Origin: Patescibacteria group bacterium AH-259-L05
GTDB taxonomy: Bacteria > Patescibacteriota > Patescibacteriia > UBA2591 > UBA6264
Assembly (NCBI GenBank): GCA_027717985.1
Contig: JALLOO010000003.1
Location: forward strand, 1-63,570
Length of the DNA: 63,570 nt
Direction of reading: 5' to 3'
The notes under the pieces are model-generated. The model saw only the letters and a list, made by a program, of their open reading frames with translations, did not search any database and was not told the origin of the DNA. The translations under genes were made by a program, and so were the position numbers. The number at the start of each line of letters is the position of its first letter. Within the stretch, counting starts at the first letter, position 1. Of this stretch, positions 55,485 to 63,320 are shown one piece after another.

Positions 55485-55918
55485 GGTGTTTTGTTTGCTA
55501 TATCTTTAACGCGGAGAGTGCCAATCATATCAAAGTGGGATCGTTTTTCTCCATTGATAATTCCTTCACCGCACGGAACGGAGCAAAAAAAAGGAAATTC
55601 TCCCGCTTGTGTTGCTATAAATTCTACGGTGATTGTTCTGTTGGCAGGCATACGCTGCGCAATACCAAATGCATCAATCGCAATACCGTGATCATAATCG
55701 TCAGAATTGATGAGTGTGAGAATAACTTTATCCCCTTTTTCAACTTCAATCACCTCTGGATCAAATGTCCACTGATTTTTGGGCGCTACCATAGTAATTT
55801 CACGTACGTTACCGGTTACTACAGGAGTCATTTCTTCTGGTAATAAAAAGGAACGGTACACAATACCGCTACCAAGGATTACTATAATAAGAGCAGCAAT
55901 AATAATATATTTATTCAT
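55481..55918 (-). CDS. cupredoxin-like copper-binding protein, N-terminal anchor
   Basis: FDPEVIEVEKGDKVILTLINSDD.DHG...GEFPFFCSVPCGEG pattern. Its stop overlaps the copA start. Confidence 0.6.
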   Translation of the reverse strand: MNKYIIIAALIIVILGSGIVYRSFLLPEEMTPVVTGNVREITMVAPKNQWTFDPEVIEVEKGDKVILTLINSDDYDHGIAIDAFGIAQRMPANRTITVEFIATQAGEFPFFCSVPCGEGIINGEKRSHFDMIGTLRVKDIANKTP

Positions 55919-55919
55919 A

Positions 55920-56114
55920 TTATTTCACCTTTAAATATTTGTGTACGCTCCAGCTTAATAAGCTCATTAAAATTAATGAAATAATTAAAAGTATCCACCA
56001 TTCTGTATGAAAGGCGGCTCCCTTATAGTCGTCATGGTGAATGCCATTTGCAAATACAGCAACAGGCAACAACAGAGTGATAAAAGTGATAGTATATATC
56101 TCTACACGTTTCAT
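55920..56114 (-). CDS. small membrane protein (signal peptide + His-rich segment + TM)
   Basis: 64 aa, ...ANGIHHDDYKG... followed by a TM helix. Kept only because of its operon position. Confidence 0.4.
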   Translation of the reverse strand: MKRVEIYTITFITLLLPVAVFANGIHHDDYKGAAFHTEWWILLIISLILMSLLSWSVHKYLKVK

Positions 56115-56124
56115 AGTTGCTATG

Positions 56125-57210
56125 TTAATGCACCATAGATGTACCTATGGTGAATGTCCATCCTGTTGATAATCCAATAATAATGACAAGTATTCCAAAT
56201 AGTATGAGTAATCGTATAATTTGTTTTTTTCCAGGATTCTTTCTTAAAATATAATACATCATTGGTAGGGCAACGAGAGCAAGCATAAACAGGTTGCCAT
56301 ATTTTAGAAACTCTTGCCCTTCAAGCAGTCTATGTTCATGTTGCAGTACAATCTCGCCAAATCGTTCCCCACCAATATTTGTTATGAGTTGTTCCCAAGC
56401 ACCATGGATACCGCCCGCAATAAACCAATCATGACCAAAGAGTCCAAACGTTAAGATAAAAGCGCCAATAATAATCAATACCCATCCCATCCCTTTTTCA
56501 ATTGCTTCTTTTTTCTTTGCAATACCTTTGGTCGCATTCACTCCTAAAATTCCTAAGATTGCAAGAAAAATTAAAGGAACTGCTCGTCCTGCGCCATGTA
56601 CAAACCCTAAAAACCAGCCATTAAATAAGTCGCCAACGCTTGCAATATAGCCCAAGAGGACATAAAACGCAGGGTTGGGACAGCCAACCCCCGCATTGCC
56701 GAGAAGAAGCCCTAATAAAAATGTTTTTATATAATCTCCTTGTTTTTGAATAAAGTCAGGAAATTTTCCTGAATAGCTTGGGAGACGAAATTTTAACAGG
56801 CGAATTTCTGATAGTCCAAAGATAAATGCGGCAAGCCCTCCAATAATAAGCATTCCTTGCATTGCCTTATTCAGTCCTAAAATCTTTCCAAGAGAAGCAA
56901 TAAATATTCCATAGAGGCTGAGTGTAATCGTAAGGCCAAGGCCGAAAGATAGGGCCATGAGAAATCCTTTTTTAGGGTTCTTTCCCATCGCGAGTGGAAC
57001 AATAACAAAGGCCATTGGCAGGGTACATGGTAGAAATATCATGGATAGCCCTGCTACAAAAGATAACGTTAAACCGACGGTTTGTTCAGGGGTAGTAGCG
57101 AGCCAAAAAAGTCCGACTACAAAAATTATAAAAAGAATAAAGCCAATGCTTGCAAGGCGAATTTTAATGGATTTTTCATTATTTGTTTGTTGCTCTGGTT
57201 GAGAGTCCAT
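56125..57210 (-). CDS. DsbD/CcdA-superfamily polytopic membrane protein
   Basis: FLPCTLPM first-Cys motif and a second GCPNP motif, with more than 8 TM helices. Confidence 0.5.
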   Translation of the reverse strand: MDSQPEQQTNNEKSIKIRLASIGFILFIIFVVGLFWLATTPEQTVGLTLSFVAGLSMIFLPCTLPMAFVIVPLAMGKNPKKGFLMALSFGLGLTITLSLYGIFIASLGKILGLNKAMQGMLIIGGLAAFIFGLSEIRLLKFRLPSYSGKFPDFIQKQGDYIKTFLLGLLLGNAGVGCPNPAFYVLLGYIASVGDLFNGWFLGFVHGAGRAVPLIFLAILGILGVNATKGIAKKKEAIEKGMGWVLIIIGAFILTFGLFGHDWFIAGGIHGAWEQLITNIGGERFGEIVLQHEHRLLEGQEFLKYGNLFMLALVALPMMYYILRKNPGKKQIIRLLILFGILVIIIGLSTGWTFTIGTSMVH

Positions 57211-57220
57211 AAAGTTTTGT

Positions 57221-57292
57221 TCCTTTTCTCATTCCTCTTATTTTTTTTGTCATTCCTCGGGCGAGCGAAGCGACCCCGAGGAATGACATCCT
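57221..57292. repeat. TTGTCAT[T/C]CC palindromic repeat (copy L)
   Basis: TTTTCTCATTCC and TTTTTTTTGTCATTCCTCGGG-CGAGCGAAGCGAC-CCCGAGGAATGACATCC. Confidence 0.85.
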
Positions 57293-57570
57293 CACGAGAG
57301 TTGTTTTAGTTTTTGTACAAATTTTTTTCTATCAAATCCACCCGTAGCCCATAGTTCTCCATTGATAATAATTCCAGGAGAAGCAAAAATCATATGTTTT
57401 TGCGCTAGCTCTTGACCTTCAGGTGTAGTCACATCAATATTTTTGTATTTCACATTGGGCCAGTCCTTTTCAATTGAATACCAAAATTCTTCAAATTGTT
57501 TACAAACATGGCATCCAGGAGCAGATAATTCTTCAAGAGTAATTTGGTTTGTATCTTTGTTTTCTGTCAT
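57292..57570 (-). CDS. thioredoxin/glutaredoxin-fold protein
   Basis: PGCHVCKQ (CxxC) motif, about 92 aa from MTENKD. Confidence 0.65.
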   Translation of the reverse strand: MTENKDTNQITLEELSAPGCHVCKQFEEFWYSIEKDWPNVKYKNIDVTTPEGQELAQKHMIFASPGIIINGELWATGGFDRKKFVQKLKQLS

Positions 57571-57670
57571 AGGTTTAAAGTTTGGATACAAATATCATTC
57601 TTTTAGTATACCATAATAAATTTATTTTGATAAGTGCACTATTCAGCCGCATTTACATTACTATAATTTT

Positions 57671-58804
57671 TTATCCAAAGGTAAAAGTAAAGGCGCGGAG
57701 GCCTGGATTTTCAATAATAATCTCGAGAGTATGTTCACCATATCCCTGAGGGTCTTCGATAAGGCGATACAAACCATCTTGTTTGATAAACAGAGTTGTT
57801 TTTGAATCATCTTTCTCTATATCACGTCCTGCTTCATCCTCCAGTGAAATTCCATCGCGGAGGATTTGTACATTTACACCATTTTCTGAGCTTGCGACAA
57901 AGAAAACTTTTTGTGCAGAATAGCGAAAAATAATTTTAGCACCAGGACTTTTGTTTTCCCCAAATTCATCCGTGAGTTCCCAAACGCCAACAAGGTATAA
58001 AACATTGGTTTTTATTTTAGTTGGCTCAAAAAGTGTTTGGGTCCCTACTATATTACGTCTTCCATTACCAAGCAGGTTATTCCGTGCTGCGCCAAAGTAG
58101 ATTTCTGGGCTTCTTGGTTTTGAAAAATCAACTTTTTCAACTCCTTGTGGTTGTACAATCTCAAGTGACATGTCTTCTTCGTCTCCGATAATTGTCATTC
58201 GTTCCTTTAATAATTCTTGAATTTTTGTTTCTGTTTCTTCATATCCACCTTCACCAATGTGATCATAGACAATAAAGCCGTCAATATCAATTAAGTATTT
58301 TCTCGGCCAGTATCGATTCTTATACGCATGCCAGGTAGAGTAGTCATTATCTAAAACGACCGGGTATTGGAGGTTAAATTTTTTCACGGCCGCGAGAACA
58401 TTTTCATATTTTTGTTCAAACCGGAATTCGGGCGTATGGACACCAATAATTACTAAGCCCTTATCCTTATATTTTTCATGCCATGCACTAAGATACGGAA
58501 AGGTTCGTTGGCAGTTGATACAACTATATGTCCAGAAATCAATAAGGATTACTTTTTTGCCAATAAGCTCGCCAACTGAGATAGTGTCAATATTAATAAA
58601 GCCATCAGGCGTGGTTATCTCTTTTGCAACTTCGTATTGTTTTATTTTATCAGCCTTATTCATAAGAGTGGGGTCAAATTTAATCTTTATGTCCTCACGG
58701 TCTTGTGGAGCTGGAGGAGTAAGTTTTTTTGATTGTAAATAAAAAATTGAGCCAATGATCGCGATGACAACTAAAATGAGGAGGGTTGTTTGTACATGTT
58801 TCAT
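57671..58804 (-). CDS. DipZ-like thiol:disulfide oxidoreductase (TlpA/ResA-type thioredoxin domain + C-terminal beta domain), anchored
   Basis: FWTYSCINCQ (CxxC), GVHTPEF and YWPRKYLID. The TAATG start overlaps the ccdA stop. Confidence 0.7.
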   Translation of the reverse strand: MKHVQTTLLILVVIAIIGSIFYLQSKKLTPPAPQDREDIKIKFDPTLMNKADKIKQYEVAKEITTPDGFINIDTISVGELIGKKVILIDFWTYSCINCQRTFPYLSAWHEKYKDKGLVIIGVHTPEFRFEQKYENVLAAVKKFNLQYPVVLDNDYSTWHAYKNRYWPRKYLIDIDGFIVYDHIGEGGYEETETKIQELLKERMTIIGDEEDMSLEIVQPQGVEKVDFSKPRSPEIYFGAARNNLLGNGRRNIVGTQTLFEPTKIKTNVLYLVGVWELTDEFGENKSPGAKIIFRYSAQKVFFVASSENGVNVQILRDGISLEDEAGRDIEKDDSKTTLFIKQDGLYRLIEDPQGYGEHTLEIIIENPGLRAFTFTFG

Positions 58805-59511
58805 TACCGTAAGAGCCAACGATTAAGAAGGTCAAGGTTAGCAATGAGGTATAAGGTTTGGGTGAAAACTAAAACACCTAATGCAATTAAAATGATCCCA
58901 AAAACGATATTAATATATTTGAGTATATGCGAGAAGCGGTTGATGGCAGAGGACGCTTGGGCAGTAAAGAATCCGACAACAAGGAAGGGAAGGCCGAGTC
59001 CAAGTGAATAGGAAAATAATAAATTGAATGCTAATCCAGGGCTGGTTGCTGCAAGACCGAGTATTGCCCCGAGTGCAGCGCCAACACATGGCGTCCAGCC
59101 AGCAGCAAATGCAGATCCGAAGAGAAAAGAGGTGAGGTATTTTGACTTAAATTTTGTTTTCACGTTAAATTTATGCTCTTTTTCAAGAAACGGAATTTTG
59201 ATAAGCCCGGTAAGATACAGTCCAAAGAAAATAATAATTACTCCTCCAATTCTTGAGAGCCAAATTGATACATCATAGGCAATTGCCTCAAGTAGTGTAT
59301 TTAGTAAAACGCCCAGGATTGCAAAAATAGCAGAAAATCCTAAAACAAAAAACAGGCTGTTTAAAAAGATATCCTTTCTTTTTGCCTGATCTTTATGCAT
59401 TGACGTTCCGGCTAGATATGCGAGGAATCCAGGAATAAGAGGCAAAACACAGGGCGAGAGAAATGATACAAGCCCGGCAATAAAAGCGATTATAATGGTT
59501 ATATCAGTCAT
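58804..59511 (-). CDS. ccdA: cytochrome c biogenesis protein CcdA-type thiol-disulfide transporter
   Basis: 235 aa, 6 TM segments, LSPCVLPLIPGFLAY and WTPCVG motifs. Confidence 0.8.
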   Translation of the reverse strand: MTDITIIIAFIAGLVSFLSPCVLPLIPGFLAYLAGTSMHKDQAKRKDIFLNSLFFVLGFSAIFAILGVLLNTLLEAIAYDVSIWLSRIGGVIIIFFGLYLTGLIKIPFLEKEHKFNVKTKFKSKYLTSFLFGSAFAAGWTPCVGAALGAILGLAATSPGLAFNLLFSYSLGLGLPFLVVGFFTAQASSAINRFSHILKYINIVFGIILIALGVLVFTQTLYLIANLDLLNRWLLR

Positions 59512-59513
59512 GA

Positions 59514-60179
59514 TTAGAGTGCTTTATTGATTTCAGTTAGATAACGACCTTTATCCCAAACTTCAGGAGATTTTAGAATTTTTTTACCGTTTTTTATAAA
59601 GACCTTGGTGTGCTGATACGGAACACCAAATTCTTTTGCAAGATTTTTTTCATCTGCATCGGTTTCTCTATCCTTATAATTAACACGAAATCCTATGACG
59701 GTATCAGAAGTCAATTCATTAAATGCAGAATAAAGATGGGGGAGTTCTTCCTTACAAATGGGACACCAGTCAGCATAGAAATAGAGCACAATTAATTTAT
59801 TTGATTTGAGCGCTGTGTCGTAGTCGGTTTTTGTGAAATCGAAGAAAGGAGAGAGACTACCAGCAAGAATTGTCCCAGAATACCTCATTTCCTCGGCTTT
59901 GTCCTCATTCAAGTTTGAGTCTGCTGGTTGGGGCTTAGATTTCTCGATCGGAACAGGTTCGTCTTTCTCTACCACTTTTTCTATTGTTGTGTCATCTTTT
60001 TTCTCTACCATCTCTTTTTCTATTATCTCTTTTTCTATGAACGTTTCAGCTTGTTGTTCTTGAGCTTTTTGATCTGTGGAGCGAAGTGTATAATATGAGG
60101 TTCCGGCAATAACAAATACAACGGCAATTATTGTTATGGTGAAGACGACACTTATACTTTTTTGTGATTGTATAGTCAT
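59514..60179 (-). CDS. TlpA-like thioredoxin-fold protein, N-terminal anchor
   Basis: FYADWCPICKEE (CxxC), with an acidic linker after the TM segment. Confidence 0.7.
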   Translation of the reverse strand: MTIQSQKSISVVFTITIIAVVFVIAGTSYYTLRSTDQKAQEQQAETFIEKEIIEKEMVEKKDDTTIEKVVEKDEPVPIEKSKPQPADSNLNEDKAEEMRYSGTILAGSLSPFFDFTKTDYDTALKSNKLIVLYFYADWCPICKEELPHLYSAFNELTSDTVIGFRVNYKDRETDADEKNLAKEFGVPYQHTKVFIKNGKKILKSPEVWDKGRYLTEINKAL

Positions 60180-60279
60180 ATTTTATAAATTATATTTGTG
60201 GTGGTGCTTGCTGGAAAAAGTTAGAACCTTTTACCAGCAAAATCCTGATGTTGATTAATTGCCGCCTGTGGGCGGCAAT

Positions 60280-60482
60280 CCCGCCCCGTGTTTCCGCACA
60301 CCTCCGCTCCGCTTCGGCGCACAAAACAGAAAAATTTTCTATACCTTTTTAAATCGCACGCGCCCTAAAAATTTTTTCAATTAAGGAAACGAAAATTTAT
60401 CTGTTTTGCTATTCTGCTCATTCAAGTAAGCGGAGAAAGATAAATATGAGAGAGGCGCAGAATTGCGGAAACACTCCCGCCC
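60280..60482. mobile_element. candidate MITE-like element (11-bp terminal inverted repeats flanked by CCCGCCC direct repeats)
   Basis: CCCGCCC(60280-86)-C-GTGTTTCCGCA(60288-98) ... TGCGGAAACAC(60464-74)-T-CCCGCCC(60476-82). There is an internal near-perfect 18-bp inverted pair CAAAACAGAAAAATTTTC / GAAAATTTATCTGTTTTG. No ORF. Confidence 0.4.
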
Positions 60483-60663
60483 TAAGTCCTGCTTCGCAGG
60501 ACATCAGGCAGGCAAAAATTCATGTTCCCCAGACCCCTTTTTCTTTTTGCCTGCCTGTTTAATGGCGCGTCAAAGAAATTTTGATAGTGAGTTGCGCTTG
60601 TGTCCTACCTTGTTATGCGTCCGCAACACTAGATTTTTTTATAATCTTATATTCCAATTTGGC

Positions 60664-60682
60664 ATATTCTATTATAGAATAT
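60664..60682. promoter_or_regulatory. 19-bp perfect palindrome, candidate C-box operator
   Basis: ATATTCTAT-T-ATAGAATAT, 35 nt upstream of the HTH gene ATG. Confidence 0.45.
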
Positions 60683-60716
60683 ATAATAAAATAATCAAAC
60701 GTAATCTGTGGATAAC

Positions 60717-60938
60717 ATGAAAAAGACTATTTATTCGAAAGAGCATAAATATTTAGTTGAACAACTCAAAAAAGCCCGCAGGGAAGCCGGGCTTGATCAG
60801 AAAAAAGTTGCTCAATTATTAAATACGACACAATCTTATGTTTCTAAAATAGAATCCGGCCAACGTCGGATTGACATTGTTCAGTTAAAAGAACTTGCGA
60901 AAATTTATAAAAAAAATTTAGATTTTTTCATCAAATAA
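60717..60938 (+). CDS. XRE-family HTH protein, likely R-M controller (C) protein
   Basis: 73 aa, LKKARREAGLDQKKVAQLLNTTQSYVSKIESGQRRI. It is the first gene of the R-M cluster. Confidence 0.65.
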   Translation: MKKTIYSKEHKYLVEQLKKARREAGLDQKKVAQLLNTTQSYVSKIESGQRRIDIVQLKELAKIYKKNLDFFIK

Positions 60939-60960
60939 TATATCGAAGAGTTAAAAATTT

Positions 60961-61371
60961 ATGCCAGATAATCTTACAAAAGAGCAGAGAAGCCTCTGTA
61001 TGTCCAGAATCAGGAGCAGATGGACTTCTGCTGAAAGACTGCTCCATAATTTTTTAAAGGGGGCGAAAATAAAGCATAAGATGCACCCGAAAATTGAAGG
61101 AAGCCCTGATGCAATTTTATTGGAATATAAAAAAGCGGTTTTTATCCATGGTTGCTTCTGGCATAAATGTCGTTTATGCTATAAAGAGCCGAAGACCAGG
61201 AAAGAATATTGGTTGCCGAAAATAGAAAAGAATGTCAGGAGAGACAGAAAAAATGAGAGAGCGCTCAGGAAGGACGGATGGAGAATTGTCAAGATATGGG
61301 AGCATGAATTAAAGAAGCACAAGAGCAGGCTCTCGGAGTTTTTCAATAAGAAATTGCTTATAAAAAAATAA
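60961..61371 (+). CDS. vsr: very short patch repair endonuclease
   Basis: RSLCMSRIRSRWTSAERLL, GSPD, VFIHGCFWHKC, NVRRDRKN and GWRIVKIWEHE, the Vsr signature. Confidence 0.88.
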   Translation: MPDNLTKEQRSLCMSRIRSRWTSAERLLHNFLKGAKIKHKMHPKIEGSPDAILLEYKKAVFIHGCFWHKCRLCYKEPKTRKEYWLPKIEKNVRRDRKNERALRKDGWRIVKIWEHELKKHKSRLSEFFNKKLLIKK

Positions 61372-61376
61372 TATTT

Positions 61377-62216
61377 ATGCCCGAATTATTAACACGAAGA
61401 GAAGCTGTAGAATTTCTCGGCCTGAATGAGAAAGTTTTTGATAATTATTTTAAGAACGCTGACGAATTTAAGAACATTCCAAGGCCGAATGGGAGAGGCA
61501 GGTTTTTGTTTAAAAAAGAAGAGCTGGGAAATTGGCTGAACGATTACAAGTGGCGGACTGTCGAGCTCGATCTTGCTGACTATATATTGTGCCTTGATTT
61601 TGCTTTGGCCCAGCATTTCAGGGGGTATGTGCTTTCAGATTGGGGCACGGCACGGCAGAGAGAATTCGGGCAGAAAATAACCAACTGGGTCAAAGGACAG
61701 CTTTCCGAAGTTGCAGTCAAGAAATTTTTTAAAAAAGAATTCAGCTCTGAAGTTGAACTCGATTTCCGTATTTATGATGAAATTGTTCCGCAGGACATAA
61801 TAGGAATTAAACGCGGCGGGAAAATGCAGGAGCCTAAATTGGGCGTAGGCATAAAATCATCCAAGCCAAAAAGCGCTTATTTGGTGCTTGGGGAAAATGA
61901 GGTGGCGCTTGCTGATCGGAGGTCTGATATTTATATATTCTGCCGCCCGGACATGCCTGATGATCATTTGTTAAGAATAACCCGCAAAGAGATTATTAAA
62001 CTGGTAAAAGATCAGCAGCATTACCATCTATATAAAGAAAAAATGCCTAAGTTTAAAAATATATACTGCGAGATTGCCGGCTGGTGTAGCGTTGATGAAT
62101 TAGAAAAAGTCTCAGAAATCCCCGGCCAGATTTTCAGCGGCATACGTTATGTAAGAAAGACAGGCCGTCTTCATAAGGACAGGCATGACTGGGAAAATCT
62201 GTTGAAAAGATTGTAA
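61377..62216 (+). CDS. putative type II restriction endonuclease (hypothetical; N-terminal excisionase-like HTH)
   Basis: 279 aa between vsr and a convergent C5-MTase. LLTRREAVEFLGLNEKVF looks like an HTH. The nuclease assignment rests on context only. Confidence 0.4.
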   Translation: MPELLTRREAVEFLGLNEKVFDNYFKNADEFKNIPRPNGRGRFLFKKEELGNWLNDYKWRTVELDLADYILCLDFALAQHFRGYVLSDWGTARQREFGQKITNWVKGQLSEVAVKKFFKKEFSSEVELDFRIYDEIVPQDIIGIKRGGKMQEPKLGVGIKSSKPKSAYLVLGENEVALADRRSDIYIFCRPDMPDDHLLRITRKEIIKLVKDQQHYHLYKEKMPKFKNIYCEIAGWCSVDELEKVSEIPGQIFSGIRYVRKTGRLHKDRHDWENLLKRL

Positions 62217-62222
62217 AATATA

Positions 62223-63320
62223 TCAAGACGCATGGGCGGATTTTCTGTCCATTTTTTTATTATTTTTTCCGTTGGAGATTTTCGGCGGAATTGATTTATA
62301 AGGAACGCCCGCAAAAATTTTTAATACGGCCTCTACAATTATTTTTGCACCTTTCGGTGGCACCGCCATGCCTATTTGTTTTCTCACGCTTTCCTTCGAT
62401 CCCTCAAAGATGAAATCGTCTGGGAATGTCTGTATTCTGGCCCTCTCCCGGTTTGTCAGCGATCTGTTCTCTTCCCAGTGATATCCGTGTGTGCCTCCGC
62501 CCCCGCTTCCTGTAATTGTATATGACGGTTTGTCCGGCTGAAGGCGTCTGTAAATTTGGCTCATTTTTGCGCCCTTAACATTGAGCCTCAGCCTTTCGGG
62601 GATTCCCTCATACCAGGCGTTTTCTCCCGGCGGTATATATTTCAGGCGCTCTACAACAATGTGCGACTGTTTTGTGTATTCATTATTGGTGGCGTTTTTT
62701 GGTATAGGCGGACGTTCAAGCGCCTTCTGCGCCGGAACATGTTTCCGTGGCGTTGTGGGCGCCGGCACTTTAAATTCCATGTTTAAATCTTTTCTAATTC
62801 CTATTATTACTATTCTGTGCCTGCGCTGGGGGACGCCGTAATCTTCAAATTTATAAAGGCTGGTTGTCAGCCGGTAGCCTCTGCCTGCTGATTCCAGGTC
62901 TTCAAGTATTTTCTGAAAAGCCGTTCCTTCATCAGCGCTCTGAAGGCCGCTGACATTTTCCGCCATAAACCATTTCGGATGATGAATATTAATTGCCTTT
63001 ACTCCATAGGTGTACAGCGGTCCGTATCTGCCCTCAAATCCTTTTTGTTTTCCAACGACGCTGAAATCATTGCATGGAAATCCAAAGGTCAATACGTCGA
63101 AAGATGGTACTTTTTTTAGATCTATTTTTTCTACGGGGGCGCATTCAACAGCTGACATATTGTTTCCGTGAATGTTGCGCGCATACGTTCTGCATGAGTC
63201 TTCGTCTATGTCATTGCCCCATACTGACTTGACCCTGAATCTTTTTCCTTTTTTATTAAATACATCGGCAAGAAGCGCGCCGTAGGCCAGACCTCCCGGC
63301 CCGCAGAATAATTCGGCCAT
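62223..63320 (-). CDS. dcm: DNA (cytosine-5)-methyltransferase domain
   Basis: Motif I FCGPGG, IV GFPCNDFS, VI ENV (FMAENVSGL), VIII QRRHRIVIIG, IX RERARIQTFPDDF, X GMAVPP. Confidence 0.9.
   Translation of the reverse strand: MAELFCGPGGLAYGALLADVFNKKGKRFRVKSVWGNDIDEDSCRTYARNIHGNNMSAVECAPVEKIDLKKVPSFDVLTFGFPCNDFSVVGKQKGFEGRYGPLYTYGVKAINIHHPKWFMAENVSGLQSADEGTAFQKILEDLESAGRGYRLTTSLYKFEDYGVPQRRHRIVIIGIRKDLNMEFKVPAPTTPRKHVPAQKALERPPIPKNATNNEYTKQSHIVVERLKYIPPGENAWYEGIPERLRLNVKGAKMSQIYRRLQPDKPSYTITGSGGGGTHGYHWEENRSLTNRERARIQTFPDDFIFEGSKESVRKQIGMAVPPKGAKIIVEAVLKIFAGVPYKSIPPKISNGKNNKKMDRKSAHAS

Noticed and set aside
60463-60720. 85-aa plus-strand ORF upstream of the C gene
   Set aside because: It runs through consecutive GC-rich hairpins and the T7 terminator-like site, has an implausible Cys/Arg/Phe-rich composition and lacks an RBS. 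I treat the region as non-coding.
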